From: Octopus sinensis
Taxonomy: Eukaryota
Direction of reading: 5' to 3'
Assembly: GCF_006345805.1 (NCBI RefSeq)
Contig: NW_021832223.1
Location: 62,001 to 126,000, forward strand
Length of the DNA stretch: 64,000 bases
Shown piece by piece: positions 1-12,195 of this stretch; within the stretch, counting starts at the first letter, position 1, and each line of letters begins with the position of its first letter. The notes below the pieces were generated by a model. It had not been told where the DNA came from, did no database searches, and worked only from the letters and a program-made list of their open reading frames with translations. The translations under genes and the position numbers were made by a program.

Positions 1-237
1 ACAACGGTACGCTTCGTACCTATCGCTGTGGAGACTTCTGGAATAACCGGCCCTCTTACGACTTCTTTCATCAGAGAAGTCGGAGAAAATGTGTGCTAGG
101 CGACGTGGGGAGCCTCGAGAAGTGTCATGGTTATTCCAACAAATTGGAATAGCTGTCGTTCGCGGCAATGCACACTCCATCATGCGTGCAACCGCAAGTG
201 CCTTTTAATCATTGTCTAACTTATTTCAAATCTTCAC

Positions 238-277
<40 letters not shown>
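1..277 (+). mobile_element. 3' end of CRE-like non-LTR retrotransposon (restriction-like endonuclease C-terminus plus poly(A) tail)
   Basis: Translates FVPIAVETSGITGP...(frameshift)...RRGEPREVSWLFQQIGIAVVRGNAHSI, matching the C-terminus of the full element at 44.8-48.0 kb; poly(A) at 242-277. Confidence 0.85.
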
Positions 278-280
<3 letters not shown>

Positions 281-497
281 CAACTAATATAAAGACAAAC
301 GATGCGAACTAATGATTGAACTTTAAATTTTTGAGAAAATGATGTTTTATATTTGAACCATGCTTGCTTTAAAATAGTAAAATTATTTTACAACATTAGC
401 AAATTATAATGTGAATTATTTTTATTTTTGATAATATAAATTGCAACATTAGCAAATTATAATTTACATCAAATTTTTTGCAAAGTTTGTAACAACT

Positions 498-720
498 TTA
501 ACTCTAACCTTAACCCAAACCCTAACGTTGGCAAATGAAAACATAAACATATTCAAAATCTGAATCCTAACCTTAACCCAAACCCTAACGTTGGCAAATG
601 ACAACATAAATATATTCAAAATCTGAACCCTAACCTTAACCCTAACGTTGGCAAGTGACAACATAAATTTATTCAAAATCTGAACCCTAACCTTAACCCA
701 AACCCTAACGTAACCCTAAC
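498..720. repeat. ~57-63-bp tandem repeat (about 3.5 units) built on telomere-like CCCTAA/CCTTAA/CCCAAA motifs
   Basis: Recurring unit cctaaccttaacccaaaccctaacgttggcaaatgacaacataaatatattcaaaatctga. Confidence 0.85.
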
Positions 721-1620
721 TCGAAATTAAATGATGTTTCTGCTGACGATTCTTCAGACATTTTTGACAAAAATTGGAAGCTTTTTTGGCCAACCGGTGT
801 TTGCTTCGAGCATTCATATCCTCCGGGAATATACCGATTAACGTTTCCTTAATTTGATTGTATTCGTTAATATTTCTGACGTAACCCTTAAACCCAGACA
901 TCACAAAGTGTGAGAGACCACGCTGTTAAAATTAATATACTTTTGGGTAAGCCATTTTTAAAAGATAATTCAAATGTAATTTTTAATTAGAATAATTGAT
1001 TAATCTACACTCTTCCATATATAAATTGCTATATTCAATATTTAATACCTTTTCTGCGGTTTCCATAGAAACACGTAAAAGGACTGGCTGCCCATAGCGA
1101 CATAGTCGCCCATGTGACATAATTTTAACAGCGTGGTCTCTCACACTTTGTGATGTCTGGGTTTAAGGGTTACGTCAGAAATATTAACGAATACAATCAA
1201 ATTAAGGAAACGTTAATCGGTATATTCCCGGAGGATATGAATGCTCGAAGCAAACACCGGTTGGCCAAAAAAGCTTCCAATTTTTGTCAAAAAGTCTGAA
1301 GAATCGTCAGCAGAAACATCATTTAATTCGAGTTAGGGTTACGTTAGGGTTTGGGTTAAGGTTAGGGTTCAGATTTTGAATGTCCAAGGCCAGGTTGCCC
1401 ATAGGGGTCTGATCACCCATGTGACAAATTAATATACTTTTGGGTAAGCCATTTTTAAAAGATAATTCAAATGTAATTTTTAATTAGAATAATTGATTAA
1501 TCTACACTCTTCCATATATAAATTGCTATATTCAATATTTAATACCTTTTCTGCGGTTTCCATAGAAACACGTAAAAGGACTGGCTGCCCATAGCGACAT
1601 AGTCGCCCATGTGACATAAT
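671..1620. repeat. Long inverted repeat (671-933 / 1121-1381) with its spacer directly duplicated (about 930-1123 / 1427-1620)
   Basis: Direct comparison: 1121-1381 is the near-perfect reverse complement of 671-933, and the spacer recurs nearly identically after a 45-bp linker. Confidence 0.9.
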
Positions 1621-1636
1621 ATCCTCTTTTTGCTCA

Positions 1637-2140
1637 CTACACATCACTATGATCAGTCTCTTCTACATACACTTGCCCACTCCTCGAAACCTCCGAATGT
1701 TCATCTGAACTCCACTGGTATGATCCAAATGACGCCTTCTTCGCGAAACATTTCTCTCCAATCAAACCCTTCCTCTTGGACGAGTTGAGATGGATAGGCT
1801 GACTGACGAACAGACATTTTTCAGCCAACAGATCAGCCTCCTCGCAGACCGGAATGACCACTTCCATTCTCCGACGTAGAAAACTCCATTCACTTTTACT
1901 AAGTGACTCTCCTCCCACTTCACTCGTTGTGATCTCCTTGGCGTAGTCCACTCGGTCAGTTTGGGAGGCACAGTCTCTGGTGTGCGAGGAATTTCCAAAA
2001 GCGTCGACAATGTTTTGTACAGATGCAGTCATTGCTTTAATAGAGTCACTCAGTGCAGAGGGAATTAGCACATTCAAATGTTTCATTCGAGTCAATTTAC
2101 TAATGAGACTGTTTATTGCCTCACTACCATCATGCATCAC
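1637..2140 (-). CDS. Orphan 167-aa ORF, possibly a gag/ORF1-like retroelement remnant
   Basis: Locally GC-elevated open frame with a helical N-terminus, ASQTD motif and basic KRK patch; no recognisable domain. Confidence 0.3.
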   Translation of the reverse strand: MMHDGSEAINSLISKLTRMKHLNVLIPSALSDSIKAMTASVQNIVDAFGNSSHTRDCASQTDRVDYAKEITTSEVGGESLSKSEWSFLRRRMEVVIPVCEEADLLAEKCLFVSQPIHLNSSKRKGLIGEKCFAKKASFGSYQWSSDEHSEVSRSGQVYVEETDHSDV

Positions 2141-2899
2141 TATTTCGTAATAAACTAAATTTTTTTTTCAGCTATGAAATTAAATTAATTTCGTAATATA
2201 TTTATTCAAAAAAATCATGATTTAATTCTAAGTCTTTTTTGACTATTCCTATTATAGGTGTCAGTTTCATAAATATTTCAAATTTAATGCAGTCTCATAA
2301 GTTTGCATAGTTGTCGTAATAATGAATTGTTATTCCGAGTGTTTGCTTATATAGTCATTGTTATACGCGAAATGGTTATGATATCAAAGTAAACTGATAA
2401 TTTATGCAATCAAATAACTATCGGAATGATCTTTTTTAGACTGTCACTGTACAAAGATTCAGCCGGTGACTATAAAAAGATATTAGAAAGTTGGATTGTC
2501 TTCTTTAGAAACAAAATTGAGCCAAAGATGGGTGAAGACTCGATAAGCAGCAATGTAAGATTAATAAAAGTGAACATTATAGTTGCACATGGTTCTCAAA
2601 ATCTCAAAATAATCTTAACATCTTAACATTGAAAATAATGATACCGATACTCCGCGCAAATTATATCTCTTAATCTGATAATAAACATCAAAATAATTTG
2701 CGAAATACAAAAGTACAACATATTATGCTCAATTGCAACTGCTCTAAATACAAGAATTTCACGCAAAATGAATGGGTCATTTATACTCGAGTTCAGATCT
2801 AATGCGGAGGCCAATAACTTACAAATGGAGCTTGATGATCTAAAAACTTTGGCTCTGAGTGTCATCAAATACGGCAAGCAGAGTTAAGTTCATTGGAGA

Positions 2900-4210
2900 T
2901 CTTCCTAAGAAATATTCCATATTGGGCAAGTAATGAAAATCTGGAGAAGTACCTCTTAACGATAATCTCACCGCGGTTTAAAATGGAACGTTTCATTAAG
3001 TCTGAAAAACTTACCAGTAGGAAAGCTGACTATCCCCTCGAGAGGTGAGGCAAATTGATTAATCCGACTAGGACTAAACATTGGCTTCAGAAAATGGATC
3101 ATCAGAACACTGGGTAACATATTGATTTTACTCTACTGAAAGAAAGAATAAGAGCCATTGCAAAACACTTTGTCAGACAACTCAAACTGAAAAAGAACGT
3201 GATTGGTTACGCCAATCAAAAATGCTTGTTCAAAACACCCCAAATTTTGGACAGTAAAATAACTGGAACTCAAACAAAGGCCTAAGTTTTGGCTTGCAAC
3301 TTCCGGGAGGATGCCTGTCGAGCCAAGAGGAGACTATCGAACTCCTCCGCAATCAGCTCGCAGGGGTTTTGGAAACAGATTGAAACGTTACACAATTAAT
3401 GAGTCTGAGACTCGAGAAGCAATAAAGGCAGCCAAAAATGCGGCTCCAGGATATGATGACAAGATTCAAACGGCCTGTTTCAAGCATGCATCAAATTACT
3501 TTGTGTCTCTGCTCACAAACTTTTTCAATTCCAGTCTCTAGGGAGGATATGTTCGAAAATCATGGAAAAAATGAAGTTCAAATGGTTCGAAAACCTAAAA
3601 AAAAAAGCTAAAGAAGCCTCGAGCAATAAACCTATAACCCTAATTATCTCTACATTAAAGATAGTGGAGAAAATCGTTTATAGAAGGCTAGTACTGGATA
3701 TAGAAAAGAATTACTGGCTCTCTCACAATCAGTGGGATTTTCGTCCGGGCCGGTCCTGTGCTCACTGAATCTATCGACTCAATTTGATAGTATCTAAGGC
3801 ACGAGAATCTGGCTTATAGACCAGTATTGTCTGTTTGGATTTGTCGATGACTTTCGAAGGGGTCTGTCTTGCTAGAAAATCTTGAAAATTGTAACATTGA
3901 TGCAGGAACCCTTTGATGGCTAGCAAGTTTTTTTGAATGGGAGGATCTCTTTTGTTAAGTATCTTGACCCATTCTCCAAAAAAGGAAAGTACTTCAGTCT
4001 TCAGCCTAATAATGTTTAACGTGTATATGGCAGACTTTCCAAAACCTGTGTGCATCTCAACGAATTTGCTCATTTATGCCGATTACGCTATTATCACGAA
4101 TGAGGCAGCCCTGCATACGACGTCGGATATGAAAACTATAAATCTACTTAGAGCAAATAAAACGAACGGACATTATATGAAATTATTCACAAATAATAGT
4201 TCTTAAAATT
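2900..4210 (+). pseudogene. Degraded LINE reverse transcriptase (APE-type clade)
   Basis: Fragments NAAPGYD..., PITLIISTLKIVEKIVYRRL...QWDFRPGRSC, SLIMFNVYMADFP and IYADYAI in shifting frames. Confidence 0.75.
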
Positions 4211-4244
4211 TTGGAATATTGCGATATAATATTGCGATTACTCA

Positions 4245-6720
4245 ATCAATCGGGCGTCATGTGGTTCACCGTTTCTGGTGGCGTCAGATACAATCTTAAA
4301 TTGTATCCAAAAGAACCATTAGTCAAAATCCATCCAGCGGACCTCCCCCTGGACAGCACTCCCTCTAAGTTAGCGCACTTTCCTGGTGGCGGCTCATCAT
4401 TTCCGGAGATGTTGAGCAAAATCCTGGACCTAGAAAGAACCTCAATATACTGAGCTTGAATATCAACGGAGTTAGAGGCAAGGCCAAAGAACTAAAACTT
4501 TATCTGGAGAGGAAAGATATTGACGTCTGCCTCTTGCAAGAAACGAAGCTTTCGAAAACTGGCAAAACTCCCAATTTCTCTGGCTTCAATGTGCTAAGAG
4601 TAGATCGTCCATCGAGGCACGGCGGAGGCTTATTGACCCTTGTCAGAAAGGAAATCATCTTCTACAAAAACCACTCCACATTCAGGAAACTGGATAAAGA
4701 CTGTAATACAGAATTTCTCGCCATCTCCATTCTAACTTCTCTTGGACAAATTATTATTGGAAACATCTATATTCCACCTCCCGGCTCCTGTGCCAAAGAA
4801 TTTACAGTGGATCTGTCTGAACTTGACAAGGTGGAAAACTTGCTGGTCTCTGGCGATTTTAATGCCAATTTAACAAAGTTATTCTAAAGGGGAGAGATCT
4901 ATTTGTAAAGAAAGGAGTCCTGAAACTCACGAAAAGAAAATACGACGCTAAAACAGTCAAACTAATAAAAGAAAGAAATCGCCTCAAACACAGTACACAT
5001 CTGACGAAACTTACAACGAGAAGGATTCGGGTATTGAACATGGAGATCGCAGAAAGTGCGAGACGAGTGCAAAAAAGACAATTGGACACGATTTCCCGAG
5101 GGATGAACAAAAAGTGCTCACTCTCGAAAATGTGGAAGATGCTGCGTAACATTAAAAACGCCGACAGTACAAACGAGGATGACAACAATCACCAACTAGA
5201 CCTAAACACTTTTATGAAACATTGCGTGAAGATAAGTCACAAGGCTTATAAAAAATCGGAATCCTCTTCAATTATTAAGGGCAAACCGAAAAGGGAGCCT
5301 CCATCATCGTACTTCCTACCTCGAGATGTCGCTTTAGAAATTTCCCGACTAAAGAATACACGCTCCTGCGGACCAGACGGAATCCCAGCGATCATGCTCA
5401 AAAAATTGGGCGATGCAGCTATCTCTGCACTTACGAGTATTTACAACTACTCGTGCAACTTCAATTTCATTCCAACATTATGGAAACTGTCGTGCATTCA
5501 CCCAATCCTGAAGCCTGGAAAACCGAAGGAGCAACCTGGATCATACAGGCCACTGTCCCTTTTATGCGTCCAGGCACGAATTCTAGAGAGAATGGTGATG
5601 ACTTTGATTCGCCCCCTCCTCCCAGAAGTCAGTTTCCAACATGGATTCAAAGAGGGGCGATCAACTGTCACACACCTAAATGCTTTAATGAAGTTTATAT
5701 CAGACGGTCTAAACAAGAAACCTAAACAGGAAAAATCCATTGTCTGCTCGATCGACATAAAGAAGGCTTTCGATTCGGTGCCAAGGAAAATACTCACACA
5801 AAAGATCTATTCCTCAAATATTGATACGAATCTAAAACTATGGCTTGGGAATTTCCTGAGCGGCCGTCGGGGAAGGGCTTGCTGTGGAAACAGATCTTCC
5901 ATATCGAGACTATTACCAAATGGGGTCCCTCAGGGTTCTCCACTATCTCCACTTTTATTCAATCTCATGATGAACGACATACCACAGCCAGAAGGGGACA
6001 ACGATCTGTTATTACTATATGCAGATGATATTATCGTCGCATCAAGGGATGTGAGCATAATAAAAGCAACGGATAGAATACAGGATAACCTCAACAATCT
6101 GAGTTCATGGCTATATAAAAACGAACTGGAGGCAAGTCCGGAAAAATCTATTTTGACTCTGTTTACGAAAAACAGAAGGCTTGGGAAAGTCTCAATTGAA
6201 GCGAAGTTAGACGGGGAAATTATACCGCAGAGCAAAACCCAGAAGATTCTTGGTGTTACATTCGACACCTTTCTAACCTTTTCAACCCACGTCGAAAATG
6301 TAGTTATGGCGGGTGCAAGAAAGATTAACTTCCTGAATGCCTTCCTGAAGAACGCAGGAGAATGCAAAGGCCTATATGGCCTAAACAACATATATAATCA
6401 ATACATGGAACCTACGATCGGCTATGCGTGCGGAATCTGGGGAACAAACTTAAGCGCAATCAATCAAAAATCGACAAAATTCGGTTGAAAGCGGCAAACC
6501 TGCTAAACATTTTCTCCGATAAAGAGATTATCCCAAAAACCTGGAACAACAGAGAGGTTCGTCCTGAAAATCCCCGTCCGTACCGAAAATGCGTCGGGAC
6601 AACGGCGGAACATCGGGAGAGGCTGCGCGAACTGCTGAGGGAGGCTGGGATCACCTGAATTTTTCTTTCTTTTGGCTATGACGGTGGTTTTCTGGTTCAA
6701 TAAATAAATAAAAATAAATC
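4245..6720 (+). mobile_element. Single-ORF LINE: leader peptide - 2A-like motif - APE endonuclease - RT, with A/TAA-rich tail
   Basis: GDVEQNPGP (4405-4431) in frame with the APE ORF (LNINGV...LLQETK...GDFNA); RT 5034-6488 (YRPLSLL, QHGF, DIKKAFD, GVPQGS, YADD); ends LLREAGIT* then aataaataaata. Confidence 0.9.
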
Positions 6721-7399
6721 GGGTATATTATAAAATAGAAGGACTACATTTTTATGATAACAAAGCAAGCAATAAAAATTATATGAATAAAAAAATGAAA
6801 GAAAATTTAGGTTATTCCGACGACCCAAGAAAAGTCCTCAGCTTAGAATTTGTTAATGATGGACTAAATATATCATTAATTAAGTTCTTGATAATTGTGT
6901 CGCTTTATTTTGCGAAAAGAAATAAAAAAACTTGAAGGATCAGAGTCAGAGCTATAAATCCGGAAAGAAAATGACTTTTTTTTGCATAAAGTTTATAAAA
7001 ATGATGCGACGATTTGTCTTCTATAGTTTGTATTGACAGCGATAGATAATTATTCTGGAAGTTTTAGTAAATTTTTTTGTCGAATTTGAGTGGATTTGTT
7101 GTAGAAGTTTGCGTTGAATTAAAAATTGTGCTGTTGGCCAAATGTGTAGTTGTGCTGGTTTACAAGATACCAGCAATTTAGTTTTACCAGTAGCAGATGA
7201 CGAAACAAAATGAGTTGTTTTTAAACACTAAGATGGTGCTAAATATAAAGTACGCCGATTCATTAAAAATAAGCCAGTTCAAAATTATGCTTATTTCAAA
7301 AAAATCACAAGTGAATACCAAATTCATAATATATGGAATTCTAACTTTCACGTTTTCTTTTTGTGTTACTTTCCATTATACCTAAAGAAACTGCCTCGT

Positions 7400-8130
7400 C
7401 CAAAGATCTAACAACGACATCCAATTGAAGTTGAGAGTCTTCCAGTCCATTTATTAGATCCCCTTTATTATCCTCATCGCGTCCTACATTATACTCACAT
7501 GTTTCATTTTTCATGTTAAGAGATTTGACCGGTATTTGTAATAATTAGAGAAAATCTCACAGCAATAAAGTTTTCGCTATAGACAGACCTGCAGTGACTG
7601 CTTCTTAACAATTCACTCCATAGCCTCAAGAGCAATGGAGTTAAAAAAACTCTATCTCTCATATTTCTAGACATTTCAAAGGCTTTCGACCCCCTGGCTT
7701 TGGTGCTTCCTCTTAAACCTCTACTCATTTATATTTAAATCTGGTTTTTTCTCAAGAAACATCACGTTTCGAAGGAGGGTTCCTAATCTAATCCAGGACT
7801 CTTGTAAGGACACAAAACTTTCGGAAAAACGGCCTTAAGTTATATTGAAGTGGTGCATCGGTAAGCGGCTCTTGCACGCCATGAACAAATTTGCCTACCT
7901 CCAAATCAACGCAAGAAAGTCACCAGATCAGAGACCCAGGCCCCTAATGGAACTTGCTCGCCCTGACTGTTTACGCTACTTGGGATAGGCAATTGACGCT
8001 AAATCGGGCTACTACCTCCATATCAAGCAGAAAGGGAGGAAAGCCATTGCCGCTTTCCGCCTTTTAAGAAATAAAAATCCTGATGAAATGCAAAAAAAAT
8101 ACGCCAATACGTACCAAAGCTAGCCTATAG
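7400..8130 (+). pseudogene. Heavily deleted LINE RT fragment
   Basis: LSLIFLDISKAFD (about 7655-7690) and LRYLGIAID-like motif (about 7970-8000). Confidence 0.6.
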
Positions 8131-8137
8131 GCTAGAT

Positions 8138-8760
8138 CAGGGGTCAGCTAAACACAGAAAGTATAAAATAATTAATGCGACAATTGTCCCTGTATCTCAT
8201 TTGACAGTGTTATTATCTCGGGAATATAGTTAGTCATTTTTAATTTTACACAAGAATTAAAACTTTCGTCAGTTAGTTGACTCCTTAATTTTGATTTTAT
8301 TAAATTCATTTCTGAGAATGACCTTCCGCAAATATACGTTGATCCAAACATTGTTATAATTCCATATGCGAATTTTTTTAATAAATAAAATGACTCAGGA
8401 AGGCTATTCCATACATCAAATATTAACAAATCTTGTCTTTCTATTTCGTGTTTCTGCACGATTATTTTTATTTAATTCTTACTTCAATTAACAGCTTCTG
8501 CTATGTCTTCACCACAAGTATAGCCTTTGAGAGGTAAGAATGACAGAAATGATTCTCTGAGAAAACAACAAGAGACATAGCGGGCAGAATAAATAGGTAA
8601 AAATTAAAAACTTCTCTATATCTTTGATATGGCACGAGGCATCTACTCCTAATAAAATTGATTCCGAGGTTTTGAATTTGTTGTTTTGTTATATTTGAAC
8701 ACATTCCGTCAGCAACTGTTTTCGCAGACAGGGGTATATTATTAAACAATTGAAGATGTT
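8138..8760 (-). mobile_element. hAT (SPIN/GTF2IRD2-like) transposon 3' remnant
   Basis: Dimerisation-domain motif MFGSTYICGRSFSEMNLIKSKLRSQLTDE (8172-8459); terminal caggggtcagctaaac at 8138. Confidence 0.75.
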
Positions 8761-9742
8761 TCTCATTAAAAAATTTCTCATTAAATTGGGGAATCTGGCA
8801 AGCAGAAAATAATGCCTTTCTATATTCTTTGGAGTATAACTCTATACAACTTTGATATGCCGGATAAGGGTTTTACTAAGTTCAATGAATTCATTTTTTG
8901 CTGTACTTTTTGGATAAGTCATATTCGGAATTCACTTATTTTATTGATTGTTAGATTGAAAGATAAGTTCCTTACCGGAATTTTAAAACACTTTAAAAAA
9001 CCGTTATTTCATTGAATTCTACTAATGAATTCAATTGCTATTTTTCTTGACTTGGTATGTAAATGTTCCAAATATTATTTTTTATCTGAAAGTTCATTCT
9101 ATAAATAAAGGTCGAGGACGTCTAAGATTCCTAATTTTGTCCATACTAGAAATACCACAATGATTTTGGTATAACAGTCGAAACAAAATGTTCTCACTTG
9201 AAGATTCTAATATAGAAAATAAATCGCCCTGTTTTTTCCATCAGATTTTTAATCTTGCAAAAATCTGAGAATGGATTAATAGCGTTCCACATGGTTTTGT
9301 CAACTAAAAACTATTATCACTTTATTCTACTACCATCTTAGCATTCGGGTTTGGAATTCGCTCATTTTCAAGATTTCTCTTCAAAATTAATAAAATTGGA
9401 AACTATTGGCTTGAGTGAGCGGATAAACTAAAATAATCTTAGTATTTATTCTTTTAAAATTATTATTGGAAATGTTATTGTCTTTAACTTTCACTCGGAA
9501 TTTTGTAAAGCAGATAATTGTCTGTCTTGATATATCCTACTATCCTCCGACAACCACTTTTCTTGAGATCTCTACAACCTATTTTTTTAAACAAACAAAA
9601 GTAGAATAAATAAAATTTATCTTTCGACGTGAATGTGCCAAACAATTTTCTACCACATTTTATTTTTATTCAATAGTGATTCAGAAACGCAAAATATTTT
9701 AAATTCATAAATTTCGATTCTTGATATCCACGTAGATATCCC

Positions 9743-10389
9743 GGTACTTTTGCATTTCATCCTGCACGAAAATAGCAATACTGACAAAATTAAATCTGAG
9801 CTATTAACGACCACCTGTCTAAAAATACACAGTTGTTGGTTAATAAAGATGCTTATCATCATTCCCTCAGTGAAAAATCTTTATTACAACAAAAAAGGTC
9901 AGCTGGTAGTACGAAGCGTGATATTCGGCGGACAAAATTTGACGATGGCATCTATTAGCTCATCGAAGGAGTTGTCTAAATGGCTTACTTGCCTTCTCCA
10001 TAAAAATTCTATAAATGTATTAGGAGTATTTAATACCTGCAAAATATGCACCCATGAAGTGACGCGCGGTCCCTCTTTGTCTCTTATTGCGTCATTTTGC
10101 GCACTCCCACATTCTATATTTTCATAATTATTATCTGAACCTCTCAATATTCTGTGTATGTGCACCTGTGCTCGGATCTACAAAATTTCTTCTGCAAATT
10201 TATAAACGAATTATGGCCAACTTGTGATTAACTGTAAGGTGCACATAAGCAAGAGCATTGAGATCTGGCGTTGAATAATTTACAAAATCGGCATAGTTCA
10301 ATTTTTTAAATTTTCGATCTAATATTCATAAAAATTTTCATTAATTCATTTAGTGGCTATTTTCGTACAGGATGAAATGCAAAAGTACC
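9743..10389 (-). mobile_element. Internally deleted Merlin (IS1016/ISXO2-like) DNA transposon
   Basis: ~34-bp TIRs GGTACTTTTGCATTTCATCCTG(C/T)ACGAAAATAGC; 8-bp TSD gatatccc/gatatcca; motifs VNH...NFVDPSTGAHTQNIE and FIEFLWRR...FDELIDAIVKFCPP. Confidence 0.85.
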
Positions 10390-10871
10390 GATATCCAGTT
10401 TGAATCCTATAAGGTCGACGCTGTGTGTATTTTACTGAATCTCTTATTTAAAAAAAACTGGTAGGCCATGCGTTCTGATAATTGCAATAAGCTTCATTAG
10501 CAGATCAGGAAAAATACTAAATAGACAACTTTGAAATTTTAACACAAAATATGGGAATGAATTCTTAATTTATAAAATTTGTGTAAATTTCTGAAGGAAT
10601 CTGAATAATATCTCTATGATTTAACCAAGCCAAGTAAAACTTGTAATCATTGAAGTCATCCGAAACGATTATTTTTTAATTGTTCAGGAATGACGGATTC
10701 CTCTAGAAGACTTGGCTTCCATTAGGTCACGTTTTAGTTGACTAGCAGTATAGACAATATAGAATTATTCTGTTAAGTGGTAGGTCAGTAAAATGAATTC
10801 CAAATTAATTTTATTAAATAATATTTTAAGCAAATATTTTAAATTAAATCCATTTTAAATCGTATAACTAT

Positions 10872-11820
10872 ATGGTTGATGTTTCTTTGTTCTACAAATC
10901 AACAGTAAAGGCCCTAAAAATACAAACCAATATTAACCAAAAAAGACAAGAGTATAATCCAGACGCTCATGAACAAATTAATGAAAATATTTCAACTCTT
11001 GTAAAAGCATATAAACTAGTTTAGAACAGCTGTCTCCAATCTATTAGAGATCTCTTGCTCGAATATAATCAAGAATCACTCAAATGTCATGAAATTATGG
11101 ACTTTTCGACTAAACTGCAAGAATATGACGAAAAACTGACTAAATATTTAACTAAATACAAAAAATTGAGCGACACAATTTCTAAATCAAATGGAGAAAC
11201 CGCATGTTTGGTATTTTTATTTGCAGAAAACTACGTAAAAGGCACTTTAACCAATTTATTTTAGAATGTCTTAAATTATACGAACATTACAGAAACTCAG
11301 TACTCAATGAATTATACAGATTTGATAAAATGTATTTTTAATGTTATATTTCTAAGAACAAGATTTGATTCGGTTTTCCACAAAACAAATAAAAACAAAT
11401 TTTCTTTCAGTGCTAAAAACGTGGATAAAATGGAGGATTTATGTCCTCAGGAGTTAGAACAGGTGATTAGTGAATTCTGACAAAAAAGTTACAAGAAGAG
11501 AACGAGTTGCTGTTTCAAGGACTGAAAACGGTGGATGATGAGATAACTATGGCTGAACGGGCCATTTGTAAAATTGGAAGTTTGATGGATTTGATGGCGT
11601 GTTGGACCGATCAGCAGAAAAGTCAAATGGAAAGGATTTTGGAGAATTCTGAGGCCACCGAAGAGGATTTGAGGTGTGGGAATAGGGATATGGAAAAGGT
11701 TGGCTGTTTTTTGTGTTTGAGTAGGCTTCCGTCAGTCAAACCACTCGTCGAATCAACTTTTTGATGGTAATTATAATGATGACTTTTTCCGTCATTTTTT
11801 TACATTGGTATAATCCTTGA
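10872..11820 (+). CDS. STX18: Syntaxin-18 (ER Qa-SNARE), multi-exon with 23-26-nt introns
   Basis: MVDVSLFYKSTVKAL N-terminus, RDLLLEY, SNARE motif VDDEITMAERAICKIGSLMDL...ATEEDLRCGNRDMEK, C-terminal TM FLMVIIMMTFSVIFLHWYNP*; introns 11001-11024, 11242-11264 (GC-AG), 11699-11724; middle exon boundaries not fully resolved. Confidence 0.8.
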
Positions 11821-12195
11821 TTTGCGTTGTTACTACTGTGCGTCTAGTTATCAAGGTGACCAAACTAATGTGTTATACTTATATAAGTAAAATTTTAGTG
11901 ATTAGAATCTAATTAGATGATAGTCACTGTGTTCTAATTATGATATCCAGTTCATTCCGCACTGTTGTGTTTATAAGTTCTTTTAAAGTATTCAGAATAT
12001 GATGTCGAGATTAATTTGATCAATCATCAAAAACCTCCAAGAGAAAAGTCCTTTTTTAGTTATTTAGGTCAGATTGGCAATATTTGTTTCTTATGATTTT
12101 CAATTTTCGTTGCAAAACTGTGCTAAAATTTTAGATAATTTTTGATTAATTTTTATTTTTTAATAATTCACTTACAGGTTTGAGTTTTTTAATTA

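Noticed and set aside
498-720. True chromosome end
   Set aside because: The repeats are degenerate, interrupted by a constant linker and flanked by sequence on both sides.
8780-9700. Possible further transposase remnant
   Set aside because: No TIR, TSD or catalytic motif could be read convincingly.
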